This document shows positions 1 to 9,213 of a DNA stretch of 50,273 bases, piece by piece. This DNA is from Candidatus Sericytochromatia bacterium (GTDB taxonomy: Bacteria; Cyanobacteriota; Sericytochromatia; S15B-MN24; JAQBPE01), in contig JAYKHR010000088.1 in NCBI GenBank assembly GCA_035285125.1, positions 1 to 50,273 of the forward strand. The letters are read 5' to 3'. Within the stretch, counting starts at the first letter, position 1. Each line of letters starts with the position of its first letter. The notes beneath the pieces are model-generated. The model searched no databases. It worked only from the letters and a program-made list of their open reading frames with translations, and had not been told where the DNA came from. Made by a program: the position numbers and the translations under genes.

Positions 1-31
1 GCCCCCTTGCCACCGGACGATCCGCAGCCTC

Positions 32-1510
32 TCAAGGCGCCTCCTCCAACGTCTCGGGCGCCACGGCCCGCCGGGCGTCCAGCCTGCCAAACCCCGACAA
101 CGAGTCCCGTCCCGGGGGCCCCAGGTCCGTGACGGCCTTCCGCAGGCGCGCGAGCAGCAGGTCCACAAAGGAGCCCTCCACGCGGGCGTTGTTCTTGTCG
201 TAGCGTGCCACCGCCAGGGCCGCCACGCCCGCCACGTAAGGCGACGCCATCGAGGTCCCCGACGTGCTGCCGTAGGTGGCCATCCCGAGCGTGCTGCCGG
301 CCGTGGGCAAGGTCGAGAGGATGTCCTCCCCGGGGGCCACGAGATCCAGCGTCGGCCCCCCGTTGGAGAAGCCGCTGACGCTCTCCCAGCCCAGGTACTG
401 CGCGGTGCTCCCGACGGACAGCACGCCCGGCGTGTTGGCCGGCGTGGCTGCGAAGGGCAGCGCCTCGTTGCCCGAGGCCACCACGACCACCACGCCGAGG
501 TCTCGCGCGATCTGCACGGCCTCGAGCCAGAGGGCGCTGACCTCCCCCGTCGGGCTGCCGAGGCTCATGTTCACGACGCGGACGCGGGAGCCGTCGTCCG
601 GGGTGGGCCGCCAGTTGATGGCGTACATGAACCCCGAGAGGATGTCCATGTCCGTCCCCGCGGCGTTGTCGGGGAACACCTTCACCGGCAGGATTTTCGC
701 CCCCCAGGCCACGCCGGCAATGCCGTTGCCGTCCGCGCCGTTTGCGCCGACGATGCCGGTGACGTGGGTGCCGTGGCCCTCGACGTCCGTCACATCTGAC
801 GGGTCTGCGGCGGAGGCCGTCGAGTTGCGCTGGCCCACGATGCGGCCGGCGAACTCCGGGTGCCCGACGTCCAGCCCCGAGTCCAGCACCGCCACCACCA
901 CCTTGGCCTGGTCGGCGACGGGCACCACCGACCAGGCCCCCGGGGTGTTGGCGAGGTCCGTCCGGTGGGCCCACTGGCGGCCGATCAGGGGGTCCGTGGA
1001 GGTCAGCTGGTGCAGGAACCGACGCGCCTCCGGCGTCACGCCAATCACCCCCGGCACCGAGGCCACCGCGGCGCGCCAGGCGGACGGCTCCGCGCCAGCC
1101 GGCGGCTCCAGCCGCACCAGCAGCCCGCGGCCCATTTGCAGCGTCCCCCGGGCCCGGGCACCAGCCAGCGCCGGGTGGCCGAGCAACCCGGCCTCGTCGC
1201 GGCCAGCCGCCAGCTTCACCAGGTAGGCCCCTGTGTACAGCTCCCCCCGAGCCCCGGGCAGGCGCCCCACGCGCACGGGCGCAGGCCTGGCGAGGACCGT
1301 GTCGACCCGCGAGGCAACGCCGTCCGTGGCCGCTGGCCCAGGGGCAGGGGCCGCCGGCGAGGCAGGGCCGGGAGCCGCCTGCGCCACGGCGGGCCTGGCC
1401 CCCATCGCCCCGGTGGCGCCGTCGGCGACGCCGAGGGCGGGGGCCCTGCAGGCGGCGAGGGCGGCCGAGGCCAGCAAGAGGGCCAGGCTCGACGACAGGC
1501 GGCGCGTCAT
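32..1510 (-). CDS. S8 family (subtilase) serine peptidase, predicted lipoprotein
   Basis: Catalytic motifs VAVLDSG, HGTHVTG, GTSMASP and oxyanion ASGNE; lipobox LAAC; ATGA overlap with the upstream Kelch gene at 1507-1510. Confidence 0.93.
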   Translation of the reverse strand: MTRRLSSSLALLLASAALAACRAPALGVADGATGAMGARPAVAQAAPGPASPAAPAPGPAATDGVASRVDTVLARPAPVRVGRLPGARGELYTGAYLVKLAAGRDEAGLLGHPALAGARARGTLQMGRGLLVRLEPPAGAEPSAWRAAVASVPGVIGVTPEARRFLHQLTSTDPLIGRQWAHRTDLANTPGAWSVVPVADQAKVVVAVLDSGLDVGHPEFAGRIVGQRNSTASAADPSDVTDVEGHGTHVTGIVGANGADGNGIAGVAWGAKILPVKVFPDNAAGTDMDILSGFMYAINWRPTPDDGSRVRVVNMSLGSPTGEVSALWLEAVQIARDLGVVVVVASGNEALPFAATPANTPGVLSVGSTAQYLGWESVSGFSNGGPTLDLVAPGEDILSTLPTAGSTLGMATYGSTSGTSMASPYVAGVAALAVARYDKNNARVEGSFVDLLLARLRKAVTDLGPPGRDSLSGFGRLDARRAVAPETLEEAP

Positions 1511-2745
1511 GGCTGGTAAACCTCCACGGTGGCCAGGGGCTGCCCGGCCACGCCGACCCCGCCGATCGCCATGATCCGCGTCCCGAAGGCCACGGCAGCC
1601 AGCAGCGCCCGCGGCGTCGGCAGCGAGGTCACGACCTCCCAGGCGGGTGCCGCCGCCGCCGGGTCCAGGCGCAGCACCTCGGCGACGGGCCGGCCGTCGG
1701 CCCCGGCGCCGCCCAGCAACCAGAGCTTGCCCCCCGAGGCCACGAGAGCGGCGGAGTGTCTGGGCGCGGGCAGCTCGGGCAGGTCCCCGGGTTGCCCATC
1801 CCCGCTAATGCGCCACGTGTTGGCGGCGACGTCGTAGCGCCGCACCGTCGAGAGCGCCTGCACGGGCCCGCCCGGCTGCAGCCGCGTGTAGCCGCCCACG
1901 ACCCAGGCCTGCGGGCCCACCAGCGCGGCAGCCGCCCCGGCAAAGGGCTCCGCCGTCCCGGCCCCCTGCGTGACGCCCTTGGGCGCCAGCCTGACGCGCT
2001 GCACGCCAGCCTTCAGGCCGTTGTAGGTCTCGCCGCCGAAAACCAGCAACTCCCCCGTGGCCTCCGACCAGGCGCCGGCGGCCGCCCGCAGGGGGTCTGG
2101 CAGGTAGAGCTCCGGTGGCGCGCTCCCCGCCTGCTCCAGTTCGTCCAGCCGGGTCACGGGGATGAACTCGCCCGCGCTGGAGCCGCCCGCCATCACGAGC
2201 TGGCTGCCCGTGCTGGCGAAGGCCGCCAATGACACGCCCGAGGCGGCACCTCCCACGGTGGCCAGGCCCCACCCCTGGGCACCGGCCTCGTCGAGGCTCA
2301 GGGCCTCGTTCGTGGCCCGCGGCTCCCCGTCCGACACCAGCACGAAGTCGCCGAGCACGCCCGCGGCAAGCCCCGCGCGCGGGCGCCTCAGCGACGGCAA
2401 CACCACCCAGGTGTCGGCCTGCTGGGGCGCGCGCACGAGTTGCAAGTCGGCCCCCGCGGCCGGGAGGCTGCCCCCGCCGCTCGAAGACACGCCGGCCGTC
2501 GTTGCGGCCGTGGACGGCACGCTCGAGGGTGCCGCCGTCGTCCCGGTGCTCGCAGGGGCGGCGTTGCTCGGGGCAGGGGACGTGGCCGGAACGGCCGAGG
2601 CCTGAGGCGCCCGAGAGGCCTGGGGCGCCGCCGAGGCCCCAGGCCGCTTCGCGACGCGCGCGCGGGTGGTCGGCGGCTCTTCCTGGCAGGCCAGCACCAC
2701 CCCCACGAGGCACACCAGCGCGACGCGACAGGCGAGCCGCCTCAT
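1507..2745 (-). CDS. Kelch-repeat beta-propeller lipoprotein
   Basis: Start reassigned to ATG 2745 (MRRLACRVALVCLVGVVLAC lipobox, ATGA overlap with upstream stop); Pro/Ala/Ser linker; Kelch repeats such as LPTPRALLAAVAFGTRIMAIGG and LPAPRHSAALVASGGKLWLLGG. Confidence 0.85.
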   Translation of the reverse strand: MRRLACRVALVCLVGVVLACQEEPPTTRARVAKRPGASAAPQASRAPQASAVPATSPAPSNAAPASTGTTAAPSSVPSTAATTAGVSSSGGGSLPAAGADLQLVRAPQQADTWVVLPSLRRPRAGLAAGVLGDFVLVSDGEPRATNEALSLDEAGAQGWGLATVGGAASGVSLAAFASTGSQLVMAGGSSAGEFIPVTRLDELEQAGSAPPELYLPDPLRAAAGAWSEATGELLVFGGETYNGLKAGVQRVRLAPKGVTQGAGTAEPFAGAAAALVGPQAWVVGGYTRLQPGGPVQALSTVRRYDVAANTWRISGDGQPGDLPELPAPRHSAALVASGGKLWLLGGAGADGRPVAEVLRLDPAAAAPAWEVVTSLPTPRALLAAVAFGTRIMAIGGVGVAGQPLATVEVYQP

Positions 2746-4538
2746 GGCTGCAGGTGCTCCACGGCGCTCACGGGCAGGCCCATCGCGGGGTCCCGGCCGA
2801 GCACCCCGCCAGCCACCACGATCTGACCGTCCACCAGCCCCACGGCCGGGAAGAGCCGCGGCACGGAGAGCGGGGGCCGCAGCGACCAGGTCTTCGCCAC
2901 CGGGTCGTAGACCTCCACCGCGCCCGTCAGCCCGCCGAGGGCGTCGAGCCCGCCGATCACCCAAATGCGTCCCGCCACGGCGATCGCCGCGGCACAGGCG
3001 CGCGGGGTGGGCAGCTCGGGGATCGGCACAAACGCCGGGTCGCGGCCGGGCTTCCAGGCCAGCGCCTGCCCGATGGGCTGCGGCCGCCCCCCTTCGACCA
3101 GGATTTCCCCGCCGAACAGGTACATCGTGCCGTCGACCACCGCCGCCGCCTGCGCCGAGATAGGCACCGGCTGGACGGGCAGCGCCTCGGTCGGCCAGGC
3201 GTCCGTCGCGGGCTCGTAGGCAAGCGTCTCGGCGACGGGCTCGCCGCTCGTGCCCAGGCCGCCCGTGAGGTAAATGCGCGGGCCGATCGCAGCCACGGCG
3301 GGCACCGCGAGGCGCCGCCCGTTCGGCAGGGGCGCCCGCAACGTCGCCGTGCCGGCAGCGGGATCGATGCGGCCCGTCGTCGCCTGCAGGCCCCCGAACC
3401 CGACGCCCCCGAACCAGTAAACCAACCCACCGTGCACGGCATGGCCGGCGCCGAAAACGGCGAGAGGCAGGGAAAACCCGGTGGGAGGGGAGGTGGCCGG
3501 TGCCGGCAGCAGCCGGATCTCGTCCGAGGGCAGCGGCTCCTTCGGCGAGGCTTCCCGCGGCGTCAGGACGTTGCCCCCCGCCATCAGGAGGGCCGTGCCC
3601 GAGGCCTGCGGGACGGCGGCCGCGATGGCCCCGCCGCGCGCGACGGGCAGCGGCGCCTGCTGCGCGTGCTGGCCAAAGCCCACGGGGAGCACCAGCGTCT
3701 CACCCGGGTCGAGGCTCACGTCGTAGGTGGCTGACGCCAACCCGTCGTCCCGCGGCGCCACCGTGACCCGCCAGCTGCCGGGGGGCAGCGGCTCCATCAC
3801 GACCTTCTCACCATCGAGCGTGCGGCCCAGGCTCGCCGGGTCGGAAAGGGTGACGTCGGCGATGGCCCCCGGCGGCCACAGCGTCGGCTCGAGCACCAGC
3901 CTGGCCGGGCTGGGGTAGAAGGCCGCGCTGGTGGGCGGCAGGGCCTTGGCCTGATGCCAGGCCCGGGCGATCGCCTCGGCATCCAGCAGCGTCACCTGCG
4001 GGGCCTTGAGCGCCCGCTGCCAGGCCAGCATCGCGCCGGGCAGCGCCGCGTAGCCGAGGCCATCCGCCACGGCCGTGCCGGCCGCCCGGTCGAGCGCCTG
4101 CAGGGCCGCCACCATGTCTCCCGCCCGCGACGCCGCCGCCGAGAGCGGCAGGACGTTGGCCCCGGCCACCAGGGCCCCGACGCTCCGCACCTGGCTGCCG
4201 GGGACGGGTTGCCCGGCACCATCCAGGCGGACCAGCGTCACGAGCACCCGCGGCGCGGTCGGCAGGCCCTCCAGGCGCACCTCGCCAGCGCTGCCCGCCA
4301 CGGCCTCCTCCTTCAGCGCCGTGCCCTTGCCATCCACCACCGAGACGCGCAGCCGCACCGCCGGGGCCTGCAGCAACCGGCGGCCCCCGTCGGGCAGGTC
4401 AGCCAACCGCACGACCAGGCTCGCCTGGTCTGCGCGCGGGGCCGCGAGGCCCCCCGGCGCCCCCGGCCGGTGCCAGGCGCAGCCGAGCGGGGCGCAGAGC
4501 GCCACGATCACGGCCCAGCTGGCTCGGCTTCCCAACAC
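2742..4538 (-). CDS. Kelch-repeat lipoprotein with N-terminal beta-sandwich-like region
   Basis: Kelch repeats (IYLTGG, MYLFGG, IWVIGG, VEVYDP..W); lipobox PLGC; GTG 4538 follows a GAGG RBS (ATG 4574 is the alternative start). Confidence 0.82.
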   Translation of the reverse strand: MLGSRASWAVIVALCAPLGCAWHRPGAPGGLAAPRADQASLVVRLADLPDGGRRLLQAPAVRLRVSVVDGKGTALKEEAVAGSAGEVRLEGLPTAPRVLVTLVRLDGAGQPVPGSQVRSVGALVAGANVLPLSAAASRAGDMVAALQALDRAAGTAVADGLGYAALPGAMLAWQRALKAPQVTLLDAEAIARAWHQAKALPPTSAAFYPSPARLVLEPTLWPPGAIADVTLSDPASLGRTLDGEKVVMEPLPPGSWRVTVAPRDDGLASATYDVSLDPGETLVLPVGFGQHAQQAPLPVARGGAIAAAVPQASGTALLMAGGNVLTPREASPKEPLPSDEIRLLPAPATSPPTGFSLPLAVFGAGHAVHGGLVYWFGGVGFGGLQATTGRIDPAAGTATLRAPLPNGRRLAVPAVAAIGPRIYLTGGLGTSGEPVAETLAYEPATDAWPTEALPVQPVPISAQAAAVVDGTMYLFGGEILVEGGRPQPIGQALAWKPGRDPAFVPIPELPTPRACAAAIAVAGRIWVIGGLDALGGLTGAVEVYDPVAKTWSLRPPLSVPRLFPAVGLVDGQIVVAGGVLGRDPAMGLPVSAVEHLQP

Positions 4539-4637
4539 GCGCACCTCGCGGCGGCACTGCGGCCGCCCGCTCATGTCTTACCCGGACAGGCGGCCCCAGC
4601 TGCCGTCACGTGACGGCGGGCAGGCCCGGGCCCAGCG

Positions 4638-5864
4638 TCAGCCGAGCGCGCGCTTGAGCGGGCTGTCGAGCACGGCGGCGCCGCCCACGGCCGCGCACAC
4701 CCAGGCGGTCGCCTGCTGGCCCGTCTCGGCGGCGTACGTGGGCAGGACCTCGGCCCGGAAGGCCTCCACCCGGTCGCGCGGCATCAGGGCCACGGTGCAG
4801 CCCCCGAAGCCGGCCCCCGTCATGCGGGCCCCCACGACGCCTTCGAAGGCCTGCGTGAGGCGCACGAGCGCGTCGAGCTCGGGGCAGCTCACCTCGAAGT
4901 CGTCCCGCAGCGAGGCGTGCGAGTCGTTCATCAGCTTCCCGACCCTGGCGAGCTTGCCCTGCCCGAGCGCCTCGACGGCCAGCAGCACGCGCTCGTTCTC
5001 CGTGACCACGTGCCGCGCGCGGCGGGCCACCAGCGGCGGCAGGGCCTTCTCGTGGGCCTTGAGCTCGCCGGGCTCCACGTCCCGCAGCGCCTTGAGGGGG
5101 CGCCCCAGCCTCGCCGCGAGCAGCCGCACGGCCTCCTCGCACTGCTGGCGCCGCTCGTTGTAGGCGCTGTCCACCAGCCCGCGGCGCACGCCGCTGTGGG
5201 TGATGACGATGGCGAGGCCCTGCTCCGCGAGGCGCAGCGGCACCGGGCGCGAGTCGAGGCTGCGGCAGTCGATCAGCAGGGCCGCGTCCGGGCGTCCCAT
5301 CGCCGAGATGAACTGGTCCATGATGCCGCACTGCACGCCGATGAAGCGGTTCTCGGCCTTCTGGGCGAGCACGGCGAGCTGCCGCGGGGCCACGCCCGTC
5401 GCCATCATCTCGTTCAGGAAGGTGCCGATGGCGACCTCGTAGGCCGCCGACGAGCTCAGGCCGGCCCCCTGCGGCACGTCGCCCGCGATGACGGCGTCGA
5501 AGGCCCGCAGCTTGAAGGCGCAGGCCTGCCAGATGTGAAGCATGCCGCGCATGTAGTCCACCCACGGGTGCTCGGGGCTGCGCGCCAGCGGGGCGCCGAG
5601 CGTGAAGCGGTCCTCCACCTCGTACTCAGCCGACCACACGCGCACCTCGAGGTCCTCGCGATCCGCCTTCGGGCTCGCGGCCACGATCATCTCGCGATCG
5701 ATCGCCACGGGCAGCACGAAGCCGTCGTTGTAGTCCGTGTGCTCGCCGATCAGGTTGACGCGCCCCGGCGCCCGCACCACGTAGGCCGGCGGTGCGCCGT
5801 AGCGCTCGGTGAAGGCCGCCACGACGGCGGCGACGCGCGGGGCCTCGAGGCCAGGCAGGGTCAT
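4638..5864 (-). CDS. galK: Galactokinase
   Basis: APGRVNLIGEHTDYNDG, GAGLSSSAA, CGIMDQ and GARMTGAGFGG motifs. Confidence 0.97.
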   Translation of the reverse strand: MTLPGLEAPRVAAVVAAFTERYGAPPAYVVRAPGRVNLIGEHTDYNDGFVLPVAIDREMIVAASPKADREDLEVRVWSAEYEVEDRFTLGAPLARSPEHPWVDYMRGMLHIWQACAFKLRAFDAVIAGDVPQGAGLSSSAAYEVAIGTFLNEMMATGVAPRQLAVLAQKAENRFIGVQCGIMDQFISAMGRPDAALLIDCRSLDSRPVPLRLAEQGLAIVITHSGVRRGLVDSAYNERRQQCEEAVRLLAARLGRPLKALRDVEPGELKAHEKALPPLVARRARHVVTENERVLLAVEALGQGKLARVGKLMNDSHASLRDDFEVSCPELDALVRLTQAFEGVVGARMTGAGFGGCTVALMPRDRVEAFRAEVLPTYAAETGQQATAWVCAAVGGAAVLDSPLKRALG

Positions 5865-6850
5865 CCCGGAAGCTCCAGTTGCGGGGCAAGGGCGCGCAGC
5901 TCGGCGGCCTTCTCCTCGGGCAGCGTGTCGTTGATGAAGCTGCCGGCGCCGGACTCGCAGCCGGCCAGGTACTTCAGCTTCTCCTTGGTGCGCAGCGGGG
6001 GGAAGAACTCGATGCGGAAGTGGCTGCCAGCCCGCTCGACGCCGTCCGTCGGCGCCTGCTGCATCGCCATGATGTAGGGCATCGGCTGCTCCCAGAGGGC
6101 GTCGTACTTCTTGAGCACGGCGTGGAGCACCTCCGCGAAGGCCCGGTCGTCTTCGGGGGTGAAGGCCGACAGCGAGGGCAGGTGGTGGCGCGCGTAGAGG
6201 TGCACCTCGTAAGGGTAGCGCGCATAGAACGGCACCACGGCCAGGAAGCGGTCGTTGATGGCCACCACCCGGCGGCCGTCGCGCAGCTCCTCGGCGATGA
6301 CGTCGCAGTGGAGGCAGCGGCCCGTCTGGGCGTGGTGGGCCGCCTCGCTGGCAAGCATCCGCTCGACGCGCGGCGGCACGAAGGGGAAGGCGTAGATCTG
6401 CCCGTGAGGGTGGTGCAGCGTCACGCCGATGGCCGTGCCCTTGTTCTCGAAGATGTAGACGTAGTCGACCTCCGGCCGAGAGCCGAGGACCTCGTAGCGG
6501 TCCCGCCAGACGCGCGTGAGGCGCACGAGGTCGGCCTCGCTGGCGTCCGCCAGCGTGGCGTCGTGGCGGGCGCTGTAAAGCACCACCTCGCAGGCCCCGG
6601 CGGCCGGCAGCACGGGCGTGAGCTCGCTGCCGGCGACGGCTGGCTCAGGGGGGGCCGGGTGCAGGCTCGGGAACTTGTTGTCGAAGACGACGAACTGGTA
6701 GTCCGGCTCCGGAACCTCCGTGGGGAAGCCCCCTGGCTTGGTGGGACACAGCGGACAGTAGTCCGGCGGGGGGAGGAACGTGCGGTCCTGCCGGTGGGTC
6801 GCCGTGATGACCCACTCCCGCAGCACCGGGTGCCAGCGAAGCTCCGACAT
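5861..6850 (-). CDS. galT: Galactose-1-phosphate uridylyltransferase (class I)
   Basis: CPLCP, FENKG and HPHGQ active-site motifs; lies between galE and galK. Confidence 0.96.
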   Translation of the reverse strand: MSELRWHPVLREWVITATHRQDRTFLPPPDYCPLCPTKPGGFPTEVPEPDYQFVVFDNKFPSLHPAPPEPAVAGSELTPVLPAAGACEVVLYSARHDATLADASEADLVRLTRVWRDRYEVLGSRPEVDYVYIFENKGTAIGVTLHHPHGQIYAFPFVPPRVERMLASEAAHHAQTGRCLHCDVIAEELRDGRRVVAINDRFLAVVPFYARYPYEVHLYARHHLPSLSAFTPEDDRAFAEVLHAVLKKYDALWEQPMPYIMAMQQAPTDGVERAGSHFRIEFFPPLRTKEKLKYLAGCESGAGSFINDTLPEEKAAELRALAPQLELPG

Positions 6851-6857
6851 GGTGCGC

Positions 6858-7850
6858 TCAGCGCGCCGCCACGCCAGCGGCGTAGCCGTTGGGGTGGTGC
6901 TGGTGCCAGGCCCAGGCGTCGGCGATGATCTGCTCGATGTCGGGGCGCTCGGGGGCCCAACCCAACGCCTCGCGGATCCGCGCGCTGCTCGCCACGAGCA
7001 CGGCCGGGTCGCCCGCCCGGCGCGGCAGCACCCTCGCGGGGATCGGGTGGCCCGTGACGCGGCGGGCGGCCTCGATCACCTGCTTCACCGAGAAGCCCGT
7101 GCCGTTGCCAAGGTTGAAGGTCACGCTGCGTTCGTCGAGGACGGCCAGGGCCTTCACGTGGGCGTCCGCCAGGTCCACCACGTGGATGTAGTCGCGCACG
7201 CAGGTGCCGTCCGGCGTCGGGTAGTCCTCGCCGAAGATACCGATGAACTCGCGCCGGCCCTGGGCCACCTGCAGCACGAGGGGGATCAGGTGCGTCTCGG
7301 GGTCGTGGTCCTCCCCCACGCGCTCGGTGGCGCCACAGGCGTTGAAGTAACGCAGCGTGGCGTAGCGCAGCCCGTAGGCCCGCTCGTACCACTTCAGCGC
7401 CTTCTCGAAGGCCAGCTTGGTCTCGCCGTAGGGGTTGGTCGGCGCCTGCGGGAAGTCCTCCTCGATGGGCCAGCGGTCGGGCTCACCGTAGACGGCCGCC
7501 GTCGACGAGAACACGAAGCGCTTCACGCCGGCGTCGCGCATCGCATCGAGCAGCACGAGGCCGTTGGCGACGTTGTTCTTGAAGTAGCGGTCGGGGTGCT
7601 CGACGCTTTCCCCCACCAGGCTGAGCGCCGCGAAGTGCATCACGGCGTCGATCCGGTGCGCGGCGAAGACGGCGTCGAGGTCGGCCCGCGCGCCCATGTC
7701 CCCCTCGATGAACGCCACGCTGGGCGGCACGGCCTCGCGGTGGCCCTTGAGCAGGTTGTCGAAGACGATCGGCGTGTGGCCGGCGGCCAGCAGCCGCTCG
7801 ACGGTGACCGAGCCGATGTAGCCGGCTCCTCCCACGACCAGGACGTTCAT
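6858..7850 (-). CDS. galE: UDP-glucose 4-epimerase
   Basis: [22 protein letters not shown] (YxxxK), LRYFN and [11 protein letters not shown] motifs; AGGAG RBS. Confidence 0.97.
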   Translation of the reverse strand: MNVLVVGGAGYIGSVTVERLLAAGHTPIVFDNLLKGHREAVPPSVAFIEGDMGARADLDAVFAAHRIDAVMHFAALSLVGESVEHPDRYFKNNVANGLVLLDAMRDAGVKRFVFSSTAAVYGEPDRWPIEEDFPQAPTNPYGETKLAFEKALKWYERAYGLRYATLRYFNACGATERVGEDHDPETHLIPLVLQVAQGRREFIGIFGEDYPTPDGTCVRDYIHVVDLADAHVKALAVLDERSVTFNLGNGTGFSVKQVIEAARRVTGHPIPARVLPRRAGDPAVLVASSARIREALGWAPERPDIEQIIADAWAWHQHHPNGYAAGVAAR

Positions 7851-7861
7851 GGCGTGCTCCT

Positions 7862-8005
7862 TCAGGGCGCTGGCGCCGGGCTGGCCGGCTCGCCCGCCTC
7901 GGGGGAGGCAGGCTCGAAGGTGTAGTAGGTCAGGCGGCGGCCGTCGTCCGCGCGACGCTCCTCGCGGCGGATCAGGCGCTCCGGGTGGGTGCTGGCTTCA
8001 GGCAT
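7862..8005 (-). CDS. 47-aa microprotein inside the gal operon (GalT N-terminus-like), absent from the ORF track
   Basis: Hand translation [47 protein letters not shown]; starts 4 nt after the upstream stop, and its TGA runs into the galE RBS. Confidence 0.65.
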   Translation of the reverse strand: MPEASTHPERLIRREERRADDGRRLTYYTFEPASPEAGEPASPAPAP

Positions 8006-8009
8006 AGGG

Positions 8010-9002
8010 CTATTTTAGCTTGAATTCGAGCTGCCAGGCCTTGCGGCCGTTCGGCGGCAGGATGCCGTGGTCTTTGAACTGGCGCACGGCGAGGGCCAGG
8101 TCGTCCTGCGCGCCGATGCACGGCTCGATAGCAAGATTGAAGTAGGGAGAGGCGCCGGGCACGCCCGACCAGCCGCTGTAGTTCAGCCACAGCCCGAGGT
8201 GCGTCACCTCCGCCGGGTCGAACTGGATGCGCAGCTCGGAGCCCACGAAGATGTCCTGAAGGGAGACGTAGCCCAGGGCCGGCGCCTTGCCCCACAGCTT
8301 CACGGCCACGCCCGTGGCGACGTCCGGCACCACGGAGAGGTCCCACTGGCGGCCTTCCGCGTCGTTCGCCAGGGGCCAGGCCACCTCGCGGCCCAGCTGC
8401 CCGAAGCGGTCCTGGGCCGAGCCGTAGACGCGCATCCCGCGAGCCGGGACCACCAGCTTCATCCCCGGCGTGACGTTGAAGACGGGGTGGCTGCTCCAGA
8501 TGAACGGGAACGGGTAGGGCGACAGGTTCGTCGCGGCGTACGTCACCTTGAGCGAGGCCTCCCCCTCGCGCAGCCACAGCGAGCGCTCGAAGCGGTAGGG
8601 GAAGCGCACGCCGTGCGTCGTGAGCCGCACCTCGATCTGGCTGCCGTCGCAGTGGGTGTCGGCCTTCCAGGGCAGGGCCCAGACCTCGCCGTGGTCGGGC
8701 ACCACCGTCCCGTCCCAGGGGCCGCCCGGGTAGTGCGTGGCGGCGACCGAGGGAAAGCACTCGTCGAAGCCGCCGAGGTCGTGCTTGGCGACGTAAGAAG
8801 CCCCGTACTCGGGGGCCCGCGGGTCGAGCGCCGGGTTGCGCCAGAGCCACTCCCGCATCGTCGGCAGGTGGATGAGGCTCGCGATCTTGCCGCCCAGGGC
8901 GGGTACCACGGTGGCGCGCACGAGGCCGTTGTCGAGCATCAGCGCGTCGAAACCGCGCCAGGAAATCTTCTCGAGGCGGCAGGGGGCGGAGGTGCGAGCC
9001 AA
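8010..9002 (-). CDS. Galactose mutarotase / aldose 1-epimerase-like protein
   Basis: GGKIASL, GGFDECFP, DHGEVW, WSSHP and AIEPC motifs typical of the mutarotase-like superfamily; first gene of the gal operon; TTG start with GAGAGG RBS. Confidence 0.8.
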   Translation of the reverse strand: MARTSAPCRLEKISWRGFDALMLDNGLVRATVVPALGGKIASLIHLPTMREWLWRNPALDPRAPEYGASYVAKHDLGGFDECFPSVAATHYPGGPWDGTVVPDHGEVWALPWKADTHCDGSQIEVRLTTHGVRFPYRFERSLWLREGEASLKVTYAATNLSPYPFPFIWSSHPVFNVTPGMKLVVPARGMRVYGSAQDRFGQLGREVAWPLANDAEGRQWDLSVVPDVATGVAVKLWGKAPALGYVSLQDIFVGSELRIQFDPAEVTHLGLWLNYSGWSGVPGASPYFNLAIEPCIGAQDDLALAVRQFKDHGILPPNGRKAWQLEFKLK

Positions 9003-9213
9003 GGCGGGGAAAACCTCTCGAGGCGTCGGCTCGCGCGGTGACGCGGCGCGCCGAACGCGCTAACCTTATCATGCGCGCGCTTGCCGCGGGAAGCGAGGCC
9101 CCCGACCTGACGCAGGACGCGGGGCAAGTGATGGGGCCAGAGCCTGCCTCGGCCAGACGCTCGCGCAACGACCGGGCCGCCGGGGGCCGGCCAGCGCCAA
9201 GGAAGGTGGAGTT

